The translations under genes were made by a program, and so were the position numbers. Positions 28,501 through 39,816 of a stretch of 64,000 nucleotides of DNA are shown here, piece after piece. Source of the DNA: Owenia fusiformis (taxonomy: Eukaryota); the NCBI GenBank assembly GCA_903813345.2, contig CAIIXF020000001.1, positions 7,626,001 through 7,690,000 of the forward strand, given 5' to 3'. The first letter of the stretch is position 1. Every line of letters starts with the position of its first letter. The notes beneath the pieces are model-generated. The model worked only from the letters and a program-made list of their open reading frames with translations, was not told where the DNA came from and made no database searches.

Positions 28501-31500
28501 CTGAATGAAATCCTTGCCAGGTCTGTCTACCATTCATATTGTACTTTGCTAAAGGGTCGTGGGTGGATTAACTTTTTCACATCAGCGTATAGCTCGGGAT
28601 TTCATTCTGTGTTTTCAGTAACTCAAAATGTACTAGAAGTATATTACTTTGAACATATTTTCTTTTTTTTGGATATTTTCAGCTCAGTGATCTCATACAA
28701 CAAGGCCTAGAAGGAAATGAAGTAGTGTCTCTACTCAACTGGCTAAATACATACACGTATGTCATTGATCTTATGCTTGAATATTTCTTATGAATAAAAT
28801 ACGTAATAAAATGCCAAATGTATGAATATCTAAAAGTGTAAATAATTCATCTTCTGCATTGATATAACTAAGAAATATAGACCGAAGAGCAGGTATTATA
28901 TTGACAAATAAATACTGCAGGTCTAGGCACAAATGTTTTCTGTACCTGTATTCCTAAAAAAAGGAATGAAATTTGTTTACCAGGAGCAAAGAGCTGATGA
29001 AACACCCCTCCCTGAATGTGGATACATCTAAACTTAGTCCCCTCCTCAGTGAGGACACAGTGAAACAACTAGAAGTGCAATACCTACAACAGATTAGAGC
29101 CAACTTTAAAGAATGGATGGCCAATTCTCTGAGATCTGATATTAAAGTAGGTTCATTCTTGTGATATTACCACAAATGCAGCTCACATCTACTTTTAATT
29201 TATGAAAGTAGGGTTTAACCCTCTAACAAAATTCTTTCTGTGAAAAATGTATTTATATTTCCTTGAAACTCCTTAGTTAAAATATATGTACTTGACCTTC
29301 AGCTAGAAAACATTTTGATCCAATCGGTGCCCCAGACATGCTTTTAAGATATTGTTACTATAGATATAATTTCTTGAAGTCAACCAAATTATGTATTTTT
29401 TTCAAAAATGTAATATCACAATTTATATGTCCTAAAACTGGACACTCATATTATTGGTCCCATGCTTACTTCTGTATGATTGTGTAAAATTATGACATCA
29501 AGAGATTACTGTCTCCTGTTTGTCTGGGGATCTTATTCCAACTATTTTCCTTATACTTACTCACTCAAGTAAGTACTACAAAGGGGGGGAGAACTAATCC
29601 CAAGAGGACCATAATTCTAGTATGTTCATGTACTAGTTCTCTTAAAAATGTGTAGCTAGACCACCCAAGTAAGGAGAACCTGATCCCTGATAGGCCGACA
29701 AGAATTTTCAACTCAACTCATTCAACTCAACATATAATTGCTATGTTTCATTCAGGATTGGCACAGGGACACTCCGCCAGAGGCAGATGGTGATGGCTAC
29801 TTTAACACAGCATTGCCTGTTATACTATTCCAGATGATAGAACAAAATGTAAGTACATGTCCAGCAACACCTGCATATGGGGACTGTATTTAACTGTTCC
29901 TTATACTGTAGATAGGTGGTGGTTCATACCATCAACCCCAAAATAATGTTGTACAACTGTATGTGTATTTTATTTTTTGGTGTATTTCATATCTTTTATT
30001 GTGTAATCTTTATTGCCATTTCATTGAATGAAATTTGCCTCATTTTAAGAAGGGGGTATTAACTGAATTTAACTTTGAATTACCTCATAACAAAAGTTTG
30101 AACCCCATCTGTTCCAGATTCAAGTAGCAGCCACTATAAGCAGAGACTTAGTGAATAAGGTACTAAACCTATGTGTACAGGAAATGGACACATTTGCCAG
30201 GACTTACAAAGGTAAAGACATTAAATGACAAACACTAATATTGTATTGTAAAATACATGTAGTATATATAAAATATACATGAACTGTTGGTGTATTCTCA
30301 AATACAGTGGAGATGTTACATGACTTAAGGAAATATTTTATAAAAGGATTTAAGCCCTGGACTCAGTGCAATGTAGAATGGTCATTCCTTGAAGGTGTTG
30401 CTTTCCAAAATTTGCATGAGATGTGGAGCGTCAAGCATTAATTTTAGGAAACAAAGCCTGAAAGGAATGGTTATTACACAATTCATTGGGTCGGGCTTAA
30501 ATCTTTTTCACACATTGCAAAATAATTATACAATATCACTTAAAAGATATGAAATCACTTCAGAAAAGAATACATTTTCAGGGAAACTTTACGGTTCTGT
30601 TTGTGTCAGTCAGCATCATGAATTGTCACATTGACAACCATACAACACTTACCATTCAACCTGAATAAGCGTGTAGCTTGTTGTGTTGCTATTTATAGAT
30701 TTTTACTCAACTATAAAATTGATCAGTTTATCGGCTTTATTAGTTCACTAGAATCTAAAACAAAAAATCCCAGGTTCTAGAGTGCTGCTAACTCGATAAA
30801 AAGGCCGGCCCTGGCTAGAACTGTCTATGGTTCTAGCCAGGATAAAGATACAGATACAGACAGAGGTCCTGTCAGATTAATATGGTGATCTGTTTCCTTC
30901 CAAAGTATCAAGTTACAAAGTCAGATTACAAGTTCAGATGGGGAAATTCAACCCCTACAAAATAGAATAAGATGGGAAATTCAACCCCTAAAAATAGAAT
31001 AAGATGGGGAAATTCAACCCCTAAAAATAGAATAAGATGGGAAATTCAACCCCTAAAAATAGAATAAGATGGGGAAATTCAACCCCTAAAAATAGAATAA
31101 GATGGGGAAATTCAACCCCTAGAAATAGAATAAGATGGGAAATTCAACCCCTAAAAATAGAATAAGATGGGGAAATTCAACCCCTAAAAATAGAATAAGA
31201 TGGGGAAATTCAACCCCTAAAAATAGAATAAGATGGGAAATTCAACCCCTACAAAATAGAATAAGATGGGGAAATTCAACCCCTAAAAATAGAATAAGAT
31301 GGGAAATTCAACCCCTAAAAATAGAATCTTAGTGACCACAGGCAAATCACCTAACAGCTATAGTAACCGATGATGATGATGATGACATATTCATTTTCAA
31401 TGATGATGACATATTCATGTACTTCAATAAAACTATTATAAATAGTGTTACACCTATGGTCATGACACATAGAAAATAAATGTGAATCAGATTCATTCTT

Positions 31501-34500
31501 TTAGACAAAACTATTTGATCATGTTTTTATATATTTTTATATGTTTTTATATTTTTTTTTTGTATATATTATTGTGAATAATTTGCATTTACGTCAATGT
31601 TATATGATATGAATAATTAAATTAACAGCTAACAATAAATTGATATTAGTGGCAATAAACAAGTTATAACAAAATTATCAATTCCTACCCTTCAATATTT
31701 ATTTCTTGGGTGAACTAGTGTCCCTTGTGCTGTAAGATGGTAGGGAGGTGAGGGAAAAATGAACAGTATGAAGTAGTTAATACCTCAATGCAATTGGATA
31801 GATAAAACACCTTTGCTTGTTATTGAGGTGATCTATCCTTAAGTGGAGTAAAATTACTCTTGCTTGTTATTGAGGTAATCTATCCTCAAGTGGAGTAAAA
31901 TTACGCTTGCTTGTTATTGAGGTGATCTATCCTCAAGTGGAGTAATTTACATACATCTTAAGTTACATGTCCCATTCTCTCAAAATCTTCCGTAAAACTT
32001 ACCTGTGAATCTGGCCAGGATTACCTGCAAGTGGAATATTTGGATCTTAGAACACCTATAATTTAAGTCAACCATTACTCTGGCATTAATGAAAAAATGA
32101 TTGATTTATGTATTTAATTTTTGCTTTTCTTGATTTTTAGCTGAGGTTCATAGTTACAAGGAGAAACATTTCCAGGACAGAAGCCAACCACAGTTTTTCA
32201 TTAACTACATGGTAAGTTTCAGTTTCATACAACGGGTACTTTCAACTATACAAAAACTCATTTAACGAGTAAATGGTCAAAAATTCACATTTCTTCAGAT
32301 TTATTAACAATATTCACTCTATACGAAGTGAAAGGAAAAAAAGGTGACAAAAATCATATAAAAACAACACCATAACTAATGTTATTCACCTGCACTACAA
32401 ATGGCAAATGGTAAAGAAAAGAAAGAAGAGGCGAAGAGGTAAAGAAAAGGTGACAAAAATCAAATAAAAACACCTCCATAACTCTGATACCATTGTTACA
32501 CATACTGCTGTTTTTATCAGAAGACTCATGTACTCCATTTTATCAAGTTCTGCCTTTGTTTCAGATTGCAAACATCAACAATTGTCGCTCTATGATAGAG
32601 TTCACACAGCAGTTGAAGCAGAGACATAGCAAAGAAGACCTTGATGAGTCTGAGGGGAGAGATGGCTTTGTAGCCATGGCAGAGACATTTAATAGGATAG
32701 CTAGAGAAAGGTTAGTCTTTGGCTATGTACCATTACTGTAGTACATACGAAATGTAAAATCAGAAATCAACAATAGGAAATGAATTGAAAGATGGTGACA
32801 CAAACTTTACGCAATCAAATAAGTGTACGCCTTTGGCTATTAGTACTATTACTGTAGTATCAAATTACTGTAGTATCAAATAAATATACGCCTTTGGCTA
32901 TGTACTATTACTGTACTACAGTTGAGGTGTGAAATCAGAAATCAACAATAAGAAATGAATTGAAAGATGGTGACACAAACTGTACACAATCAAATAAATG
33001 TACTAATTTTGTAATTTATTTCAAAACTGCAGAATTTTTTTATTTGCAGAAGACGATTATATTTTTTTCACAGTTCAGTATATTGTAGTGTTACATTTTA
33101 GGTGTGGTTACCTTTTAGAAGAGGTATTCATGGATCTGGAACCACATGTCCAGTCCCTGCTCACTAGACAATGGTAAGTTATTCACATATTTATTAGGTC
33201 GGAGCTATCAGAATTTATAATGGTGTTATGCGCTACCCCACTGACAGAACAATTAAGTGCAAAATGCCATCTTGGAAATAAGAGACCATTGTAGGTTTTC
33301 TATTTTCTGGAGACTGAATAATCACACAATTTTGATACTTTGACGTTCTACTTAGGTGTCAGAAAACATACATGACGTGTGGGTAGTTCAGAAGTTTCCA
33401 TTTACCTTCACAAAAACAAATGCAAAAAACATTGGGAGATTTATATGGTCAATAAGTTAGGCTGCACATTACTTTTTTTAATGTATAGGCATTTCAGAGG
33501 CGGATTTCCTTTGCAATAGTGAGAGGGTACTGTTACAAAGATATATATCTCCTCTTCTCCAGGTTACAAAGCAGCAATGCCATAGATACGATCAACATAA
33601 CACTAGAGGATTACTGCCAGGACTTTGTGCATCTGAAACCACAGTACTTTGAAATGATGCTCTATGACGCCCAGAGTAAGGTGCTATGTGAATATTTAAA
33701 GGCTCTCCTTGGCAGGTTAGTGGAAATTTTATTTAAGTGTCAAAAACATTTTCAAATTCAAAGTCTATGTGTAAATTGTTTTGTTTTCTGCTGGTTTTGA
33801 AAAACAAGAGGGGTTGGTCAAAGTATTACTGTTTTTCAAAAACAATTTAATGGAGAATGAGATATTTCTCCCCTTTCGCTATAGCTGATCAACTCCTACC
33901 TCATCGTTAAATGTTCTCCAAAACCACTCTAAGGTGAACACTTGGGATCCACCTAAAAGTGTTCAACTTCACTGTTGTTTTGATAGAGGTGGATTTGGTA
34001 ATGTGACTTGTGAAAAAGTGTTCAAGCTATTTTGTGTCTTTGAAATAAATTGATAATACAAAAAATTACAATTTAAAATGTTGTGAGATTTTTCTTTTTT
34101 TTAGAAAAGTCACCTTCAAGAATTATGAAGAAAGAAAAATGGCTGCAGAGAAAATCTGTCGGGAAGCTGACCAGTTGAATAGTCTCTTTGGAAGATTATC
34201 TCCTAACTTCTCAGTGAGTCATTATTAGGAATCTTCATTTTGGCCAGTGATGATGAGGTCGGCGTTTTTTTGTGATTATGTTTTATGATAGCCTTACACT
34301 AATACAATGCTGTCAATGCCTATTTAACTTTTGCCATAGAAAATCCATGTACGCTGTCAATTTAAAACTGACTATTATGAATTATATTAATCTATTCAGT
34401 CTTAGTTTGGTAAGCCACACTTCTGCGATACAAGAGAGAAATCTCCAATGTGATCAGAATGATTGATTTCTACATGTGCATGTACTTAGTATATTTGGTT

Positions 34501-35708
34501 CCATATATTTCAGAGGGAAGCCCCATTTGATGTCCTCCCCATGTTAGCAGAGGTGATCAAATTGAAAGACACTTCTATGATGTCACTGGAACTTTCAGTA
34601 AGTAAAAATAAATAACATTTTGTACATATTTCATTACACTTGGCTTTGTAAAGGCATATTGTTGTGGGGAATATGGGCTTCACCTTCTTTTTTGATGTCT
34701 TGAGATGTCTCCTATAATAAACTTACTGTACCGTACACGTGATAACCTTGAAAGTTAGTCGGGCAGCCTGCACTACAAATGTCAAATGTGTATTATATAT
34801 ATGCTGCATACGTTCATTGACATTGAAATATACTTCCAGAGTATTATAGAGAAATACCCAGACCTGCGCCAGGAGCAGGTAGTTAATCTCCTGTCAATCA
34901 GGGGAGATGTTGGACGTGGGGATGCTCGCCAGGTAAGTTAAACAGTTTCAGATCTTTCTAAAATCCAAAATTTGTTTTATACTTTAAAGGGGCAATAAGG
35001 ACTGTAGAGAGAAAATTCGAAATTTTTTATTTTTTCTGAGCTATCAGGTCAATATTTGGCTTAATACCTTCTTTGACATACCTATTTTCATAAAATGTAT
35101 GTATAAACTATCAATTTCAGCATTAAGAAGTGTAAATTCAATTCAAAGCTTCTATAAAGGGAGTCCCACTTATAGATTTTAAAGATCCACCATGTTTCAA
35201 GAGGAATATCAGCTGAAATAATGTTCATCCAGAGGGTTTCTTTGTAGATAATGAAAATATATGTTAGTCTTGATGAAATATCCAAACCTAAATATATTTT
35301 GACACTTGTCGATGATCGTTGAATGGCCCCCTTGCACTATTTGTAGCACCTTTAAACAATCAATATATCAACCAATGATTTTCCAATAGACCTGTTTTAT
35401 GTTTTTAAACATTTTGAATTTGTGTATCGTGTAGGTATGGTGATATAGCAATATAAGCAATGATAATTATGCTGTCTAAATAGTATATTATACTTAATAT
35501 CTAAAAGATAAAGTGAAAAAGGATTGTAGTTTAAGATATCCTAAGTAGTGTGTTCACAAACCTGTATGCCCCATTATTGATGTTAAAGTAAATCAAAAAT
35601 ATGAATGTGCATCATTTTCTTTTTCAGCTTGTACAAGAGAGTTTAGGGGAAGAAGATCCAAACAGGCCACGACCTAAAGGCATCTTCTCTGCCTTAGTGA
35701 CAACATGA
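4526..35708 (+). CDS. EXOC3: Exocyst complex component 3 (Sec6), 22 coding exons, 740 aa
   Basis: Exons: 4526-4612, 8823-8879, 13537-13649, 14344-14434, 16885-16991, 17493-17574, 24997-25145, 26607-26720, 27007-27112, 27459-27542, 28683-28756, 28984-29146, 29756-29848, 30118-30211, 32141-32211, 32565-32710, 33102-33173, 33563-33715, 34105-34213, 34514-34597, 34840-34932, 35628-35708. All introns are GT-AG with compatible phases; total 2223 nt including TGA. Peptides match Sec6/EXOC3: [89 protein letters not shown]. An acceptor at 4485-4486 suggests an upstream non-coding exon, which was not located. Confidence 0.96.
4655..5847. mobile_element. Non-autonomous TIR element with 4-bp flanking direct repeat ATGA
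   Basis: AAAGGACGATTCTCGGTTTGGAGAAC at 4655-4680 and its near-perfect complement at 5822-5847. ATGA at 4651-4654 and 5848-5851. Internal direct repeat of about 115 bp (near 4706-4822 and 5692-5812). Superfamily uncertain. Confidence 0.78.
9255..12341. mobile_element. Long-TIR non-autonomous DNA transposon, CAC..GTG ends, 5-bp TSD TTATC (Transib/RAG-type signature), family A
   Basis: TTATC|CACGCCTAACCATCGACAAGGTACAGTGACAAAATATACCG ... CGGTATATTTTGTCATTGTACCTTGTCAATGTTTAGGCGTG|TTATC. Imperfect arms at about 9255-9720 and 11850-12341. A further terminal fragment lies at about 50082-50134. Confidence 0.83.
10700..11665. mobile_element. Foldback-type inverted-repeat element nested within family A
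   Basis: About 10703-10851 is the near-perfect reverse complement of about 11537-11665, and about 11015-11100 pairs with about 11462-11534. Termini and TSD not resolved. Confidence 0.65.
13725..14152 (+). mobile_element. 5'-truncated HINE copy (same family as 17687-18572)
   Basis: Shares the CTATGACTCCTGGTTCAAAAGCT..TTTTCAAAATGG units and the 3' end CACCATGTGAGCCCAGTACCCAC(A/G)GTACTATTTTT. Confidence 0.78.
14520..15326. repeat. 60-bp minisatellite in EXOC3 intron 4
   Basis: Unit close to ATTCAGTATGCACTGCTCTTTCATTCAATATATACCTCCCATTCAATATATACCACTCTT, with shorter deletion variants. It explains the repetitive ORFs at 14459, 14616 and 14995. Confidence 0.93.
15981..16512 (-). mobile_element. 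Internally deleted Tc1/mariner-superfamily element with transposase C-terminal remnant
   Basis: TIRs CAG(T/G)GTGGTCAAAAAATGGAAAC at both ends. The minus strand encodes [24 protein letters not shown]...RVIDN, typical of the mariner/maT C-terminus. TA target sites are degenerate. Another TA|CAGGGTGTCC end lies at 15329. Confidence 0.78.
17687..18572 (+). mobile_element. Full-length HINE-like (Helentron non-autonomous) element
   Basis: 5' TTATTAGCTCACATGGTGAGCT hairpin, (TCTG/TCCG/TCCA)n microsatellite at about 17727-17768, two units of about 340 bp, 3' sub-TIR CATGTGAGC, palindrome AGTACC-CAC-GGTACT, T-rich flanks. Confidence 0.8.
19189..20056. mobile_element. Non-autonomous TIR element, TAG..CTA ends, ATAT flanks
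   Basis: ATAT|TAGAGAGATTTCGCAC..AGTGAAAGTACAACTTATA ... TATAAGTTGTACTTTCACT..GTGCGAAATCTCTCTA|ATAT. ATAT is palindromic, so the exact end/TSD split is ambiguous. Confidence 0.75.
21216..23132 (-). CDS. Intronless uncharacterised 638-aa protein nested antisense in EXOC3 intron 6
   Basis: Uninterrupted 1917-nt ORF in AT-rich DNA. First ATG at 23132 in AAAATGT context, with an in-frame TAA upstream (the ORF track start at 23141 is a GTG). AATAAA on the minus strand at 21150-21155, about 60 nt after the stop. Compact hydrophobic N- and C-termini flank a long K/S/P/N/D-rich middle. No family recognised. Confidence 0.7.
   Translation of the reverse strand: MSGIFSPCEIPQDAIKALHYMNCSGVAAKWHIQQRPREVVFTVIWAAKNSRLKLKNYSRPLCARQIHHWTHLVARKSRQFSNSSKSGKDTKPYAIDPKLDSKIGDEIEKSEEKLCENDTKIDRKSSINYPEMNEKSDNFSNKKENAIHYSNLMKEKLAIWDKDRNEKIRPETLDLISPNKGASEKQKTESNVITQNIEKRQVNGDFTEDFQSPTGAIWRKNSAPNISSNVKHCQKSAKTLRRSDTVGPSKLHMEETISAEDIENAPEPGKPAVKPKRGVYNIISILEKYKKELNDSGERALIHNDYNNDESKDKPTIKPKPAFVRMPSKINFSAYLKPGQCSSFDSNSLIMPKPDCIPNNSDHIVKSGDVIYKSEYMNTNVQEPECFTNNGDHGDDHHITQPEDVTPNSQHPDDTQTAKSDNITEKNHKHNDYGKTWPKRLTNPVHKNPVDFTNGKDTVRSLPRMKVEQIPYYDQEHLDKQTPKTACSNSQTPPIINGKYLEMKTPKNGIAENPKLQPQRRNPSTIEPSNGSVLTIQRKSIQGPIQAPTNHVKQQTLKIIEPIGSIPTLNSKIIRKLVQKVHKSMTVVSITDDCSIDGGKLWRIDTTMPVTSRRKLTSELVMHGDNMYILEIEAMTDL
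23552..23695. mobile_element. Short degenerate hAT-like MITE
   Basis: CAGGCCTGTAGCCAGG ... CCTGGCTACGGGTCTG (14/16 inverted match). No TSD retained. Confidence 0.5.
25277..26542. mobile_element. Mutator/foldback-like element with inverted subterminal 19-bp tandem arrays and 8-bp TSD
   Basis: CTTGCAAG at 25269-25276 and 26543-26550. (GACAACTCATCCCCT(A/G))n at about 25293-25465 is mirrored by (GGGGATGAGTTGTC..)n at about 26363-26535. Confidence 0.82.
27600..28095 (+). repeat. Hairpin-rich dispersed element (related copy at about 39230-39575)
   Basis: Palindrome TGAGGTGAGCGGGTGATAT..ATATCACCCGCTCACCTCA at about 27615-27688. Long hairpin at about 27945-28088 centred on CCTTCGGTCCCTACGGTCCCTCGGG. 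Confidence 0.65.
30937..31328. repeat. 32/33-bp minisatellite, about 12 copies
   Basis: Unit ATGGG(G)AAATTCAACCCCTAAAAATAGAATAAG. It explains ORF 31135-31332. Confidence 0.94.
31812..31945. repeat. 47-bp tandem repeat, about 3 copies
   Basis: TTGCTTGTTATTGAGGT(G/A)ATCTATCCT(T/C)AAGTGGAGTAA repeated three times. Confidence 0.85.
32716..33003. repeat. Local duplication of about 175 bp in EXOC3 intron 16
   Basis: CTTTGGCTATGTAC and AAATCAGAAATCAACAATA(G/A)GAAATGAATTGAAAGATGGTGACACAAACT each occur twice. Confidence 0.75.
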
Positions 35709-37274
35709 TAAAAATATTCAATGTGACAGTTTACTGAAAATAATGACACAAAACATGAAGGACTTAGACATTATATGTAAAAACTGGAATCATATAAATA
35801 TATTACTCATACTGTATAATATAACATTCACATGAATCATATAAATATATTACTCGATCATATATATATAACATTCATATATTACTCATATATACCACAT
35901 GTGCTCTCTGGATTTCTAGTCAAGTAAAAGTAAATTTTGGATGAATAACAATGATATGCCAAGAAAATGTGAGTTTTACTACAGTTTAAGAGAGAAATTG
36001 GATCCTTGTATTTTTATATTAGCGAGATAAATAGTGACATAAAAAAGGGCGAAAGCGCCGAAAACGGAACAAATGGTGGAACTTTCCATATATGACCAGA
36101 CAACCTTCCTGGGTGTAAAAAGCAACTGTGCCGAAAATTTCCTCCATTTTTTATCTACTTTACGCAATTTTTACACCTACCCCTAAAATTTATAGGGGTA
36201 GGCTTAATGACCATCCATAACATTTTAGGTTTATCATTAAATAGTATCATAATTTCAATGTTGGGACCTTTTACCATGATTCACATGATAATGAGTGGGA
36301 TCGCAGTCAATTTTTAGCAAAATGAATATTTACTTATCTTTAATTAATTCCTTTTATCTCTTTTCCATAGTGGCACTACATGTACTTTGACATAATAAAC
36401 AACGTAATTTTAATTGAAAATAAAGTTTGACAAACTATGTGACATCTGATGAGTGACTTGAATGCAAATACAGAATAATCTAGAAAAAAGTGTATCTTTC
36501 TTAAACAGAAATCACTTCTTGTTTTTGACAAGGTCATGCTTGAGTGACAATGAGCATCAACGTTCATGATAGGATCTGGATCAGTTTTTGTAAGTATGAT
36601 TTTGACCTACATGATTAATAAAAATAATCAAGAAGTTGTTCTGCTTATTTTGAAGAGGTTCTATGCCATAGGATAGCAAAATCAAGACCCCTCTGGACTT
36701 TTGCATATTGAGTTTCACCCATCTAATTACCAAAGAAGTCCCAAATCCCCCTCTTTCAGTGTTAATTTCGCGATTGTGCTGGCCGATCTAATTATTTTCG
36801 AAGAAATTAATTCAATCTGAAGTGTGAATATACCGGGAAAGTCGTCCTGTTATCTGATTGGTCGTTGAATTTGTTCATCATAAACCTGATTGGATGCCTG
36901 GTTCAAGGCACTTGTGGGCGCTTGTGTGACTCAATGGGGATTCCTCTCGCTAGCTGAGGAATCGATTGTGTTTAATTCTGGAGTTTCGTTGTTCTGTTGA
37001 TTATTTCCGATATTTCGGCAATGATATACCCAAAAGTTATTCTCAAGATATATCTACGGTATGTGAGATATTATATGAGCAATAACAATAAGACATCATT
37101 GATTGTCTGGGGGAGAAACCTATGACATATAATGCATCTTTAACTGTTATGTTTTAAAATATGATATTGTTGGTCTAATAAGGGCAGTTTTGAATTAAGA
37201 ATGAGTGTTATGTGTATTGGGAGGGGGTCTTGTTAATTGGGTAGATTTTAGGTAGATTACCAATCAATACAATT

Positions 37275-39816
37275 TTGCCTCTTGATTTTGAATATTTGAT
37301 AGATACCCAGCAGAGTGAAGAAACAGCGTCGCCTATATTCAAATTCTGGTACATGGTACTCCAATTACAAGTTCTGGGTCTAACAAACGTTAGAGCTGTG
37401 AGACTTGGGGACTTCAAAGTCTACAAAGAAACTATCATGGAAATCATGCCATGGTTTGTCTCCCTGGATCATACCAATTATGCCCGCTAGGTACCTGTCC
37501 GGTCCATGTAAGTGATATGGTTCAGCTCAAAGAAATCCACCCTGAAGTTCACAATAGTTTCATGAAGGGGCATTTACAAGCAAGTCAAGAAAAAGCTTCT
37601 CCTCCTTGTCAATAGACCAAGCCCATGAGCGAAATAATAGTGTGATCAAAAGTGATGGTGGAGCTGTGGGGTTGTTCGACAATCCAACCGCATTACAGAA
37701 GTGGATGGTCGATGGTCCAGAGATCGCAAGAATGTTAACTGAGTTTGAGGATGAGATGAAGAATAATGATGGTCCTTGCAAACCATGAGCACAGTGTTAG
37801 TTATCAAACCAGTTTCAACAAATATGTCAATTCCCTTACTTAGGTTATCAATGATTTAGGAAACCCCTTTATTGCAACATCATGTCAAGCAGTGCAGTTG
37901 ACACATTGAACACAATTGAGAAAAGGGGGAAAAGTCAATGTGAAGTATATATAAAGGAGAGAATCATTGAAAGATCAAAAGCCATCACCAGACCCTATCA
38001 AGAGAAACAATTTCAAGATCTTCAAACAAATCTAAGTCAAGTTCAAAGCTAGCAAGCTTGAAAAATGACACTGCCCTATTTTCACAACTATACATAGCGT
38101 GCCAGAATAGAGACGGCAACTTAGATGAACTTTTCCGACATGAAAACCAGGCATTCCCTCCATCCCTTTCACAAGATGGCACAATGAAGACTGGACTCAA
38201 AGCAGATATCTTAAAACCAGTGGAAGACCTTGTTCCAAATAGAGAGATCAATACACTAGAGGTTGAAGCCCTGTTTCTTGATGGTGCCGTAATAGTCCAC
38301 CTGCTGAAGACTCAAGAAGCAAAAACCTTCCTACAATACTCAAATGACATATTTAAAAAGTATACTGCAGATCAACTTAATAGAGTACAAAGACTTGATA
38401 TTGTATGGGATCAATATATACCAAATAGTGTCAAATCTTCAACAAGAAAAAAGCATGGATCTGGAAAGCGTCAAATAGTTTATCCAGAAAACAAATTGCC
38501 AGGAAATTGGACAGAATTTCTACGCTCGGATGACAAGAAAAGTGATCTCTTTACCTTCCTTGCATCAAATGTATCAGCCATTCCAGTACCAGAGAATAAA
38601 ATCCTGATTACAACAATTGGGAATTCTGCAGAGGCATATCCTAAGCAGCATGTTTCTGAAATTTCACCATCATCCTATGAAGAGGCAGATTCCCGAATCT
38701 TTCTGCACATATATGATGCAATGAAAAAAGGCTTCACAAAAATGACGATTAGACCAGTTGATTCATACATTGTTGTTCTGGCAGTTAGTATAGCTGCACA
38801 ACATAACATTCAAATCTGGCTTACCTTTGGCAAGGGAAAGTCCTATAGATACCTTCCAGCCCACGAAATTGCCCATGAAATGACTCCTCAGAAAGCCATG
38901 TGTTTCCCAATATGCCATGCTATGACTGGGTGTGACACCACATCAGGCTTTAATGGAAAGTCTAAGACATCAGCCTGGAACCAATGGAGTACCTACCCTG
39001 AATTGACTACACTATTAACAGAAATCTCAATACGACCCAATACCCTGCTTGATGCATGCCTATTTTAGAGCAGTTCATTATTCTGGTCTCCAACTTAAAA
39101 CAAGCAATGAAACATCAATCAATGCTGCAAGGAAGGAGATGTTCACAAAGAGGACTTCAATAATATCACACATTCGTCCAACATCAGATGCCCTTTTACA
39201 GCATATGAAGAGAGTCATATACCAAGCTTTATCCTATGCCAAGTAGAGTTTTAGGGAGATAAGTTGGTAAGATATATCCCGTATCCTGATTTTGAGGTTT
39301 CCATATCCAGAACCTCAATATCTCCCGCCATATCTCCCGCTTCGGTGCATATCTTCTCGCTTCGGTGCATATCTTCCCGCTTTCTGTAATTTCAATGAAA
39401 ACTCTACTTGGTATAGGATAAAGCAGTTATGTACAGTCGGTTTGGATATTGGTTTCATCCCTCGTGAGATATGCACAGCTACCTTCGGTCCCTACGGTCC
39501 CTCGGGTAGATATGCATATCTCCCTCTGGATAAACCCCATATCCAAAACCTCCCAGTACATAACCCTTATGTATTTATTTGGGGGCAACCACTTACAGCA
39601 ATTTCCTCAAGTTCCTTCCCTAGCTGAGTGGGGCTGGATATTTGAAGACATCAAATGAATACCAAGGTGGACAACCTTACCCCAAGCATCAGATGCTTGC
39701 CAGGCTCTCATTAATGTAGCTGCAAAAACCAATGCATATCTACACGATGCAAGAGCCTGAAAGGAAATCTTGTTTGTACAGCATTATGTGTGTGTGATGG
39801 CAATTGTTCTTCATAA
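37275..39816 (+). pseudogene. Disrupted Academ transposase with XPG/FEN1-like nuclease and Cys8 C-terminal domain
   Basis: Fragments across frameshifts and stops: WFVSLDHTNYAR, SIDQAHERNNSVIKSDGGAVGL, FRHENQAFPPSLS, FLDGAVIVH, RLDIVWDQY, YEEADSRIFLH, HAMTGCDTTSGFNGKSK, EWGW, CSCKNQCISTRCKSLKGNLVCTALCVCDGNCSS*. N-terminal part missing; interrupted by an insertion at about 39230-39575. Confidence 0.85.
39230..39575 (+). repeat. Hairpin element inserted into the Academ coding region
   Basis: Separates RVIYQA from IWGQ. Hairpin at 39426-39564 with central CCTTCGGTCCCTACGGTCCCTCGGG, identical to 28004-28028. Boundaries approximate. Confidence 0.68.

Noticed and set aside
30937-31332. 32/33-bp repeats and the [11 protein letters not shown] repeat ORF
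   Set aside because: Head-to-tail minisatellite without spacers; unit length varies by 1 nt and breaks the frame.
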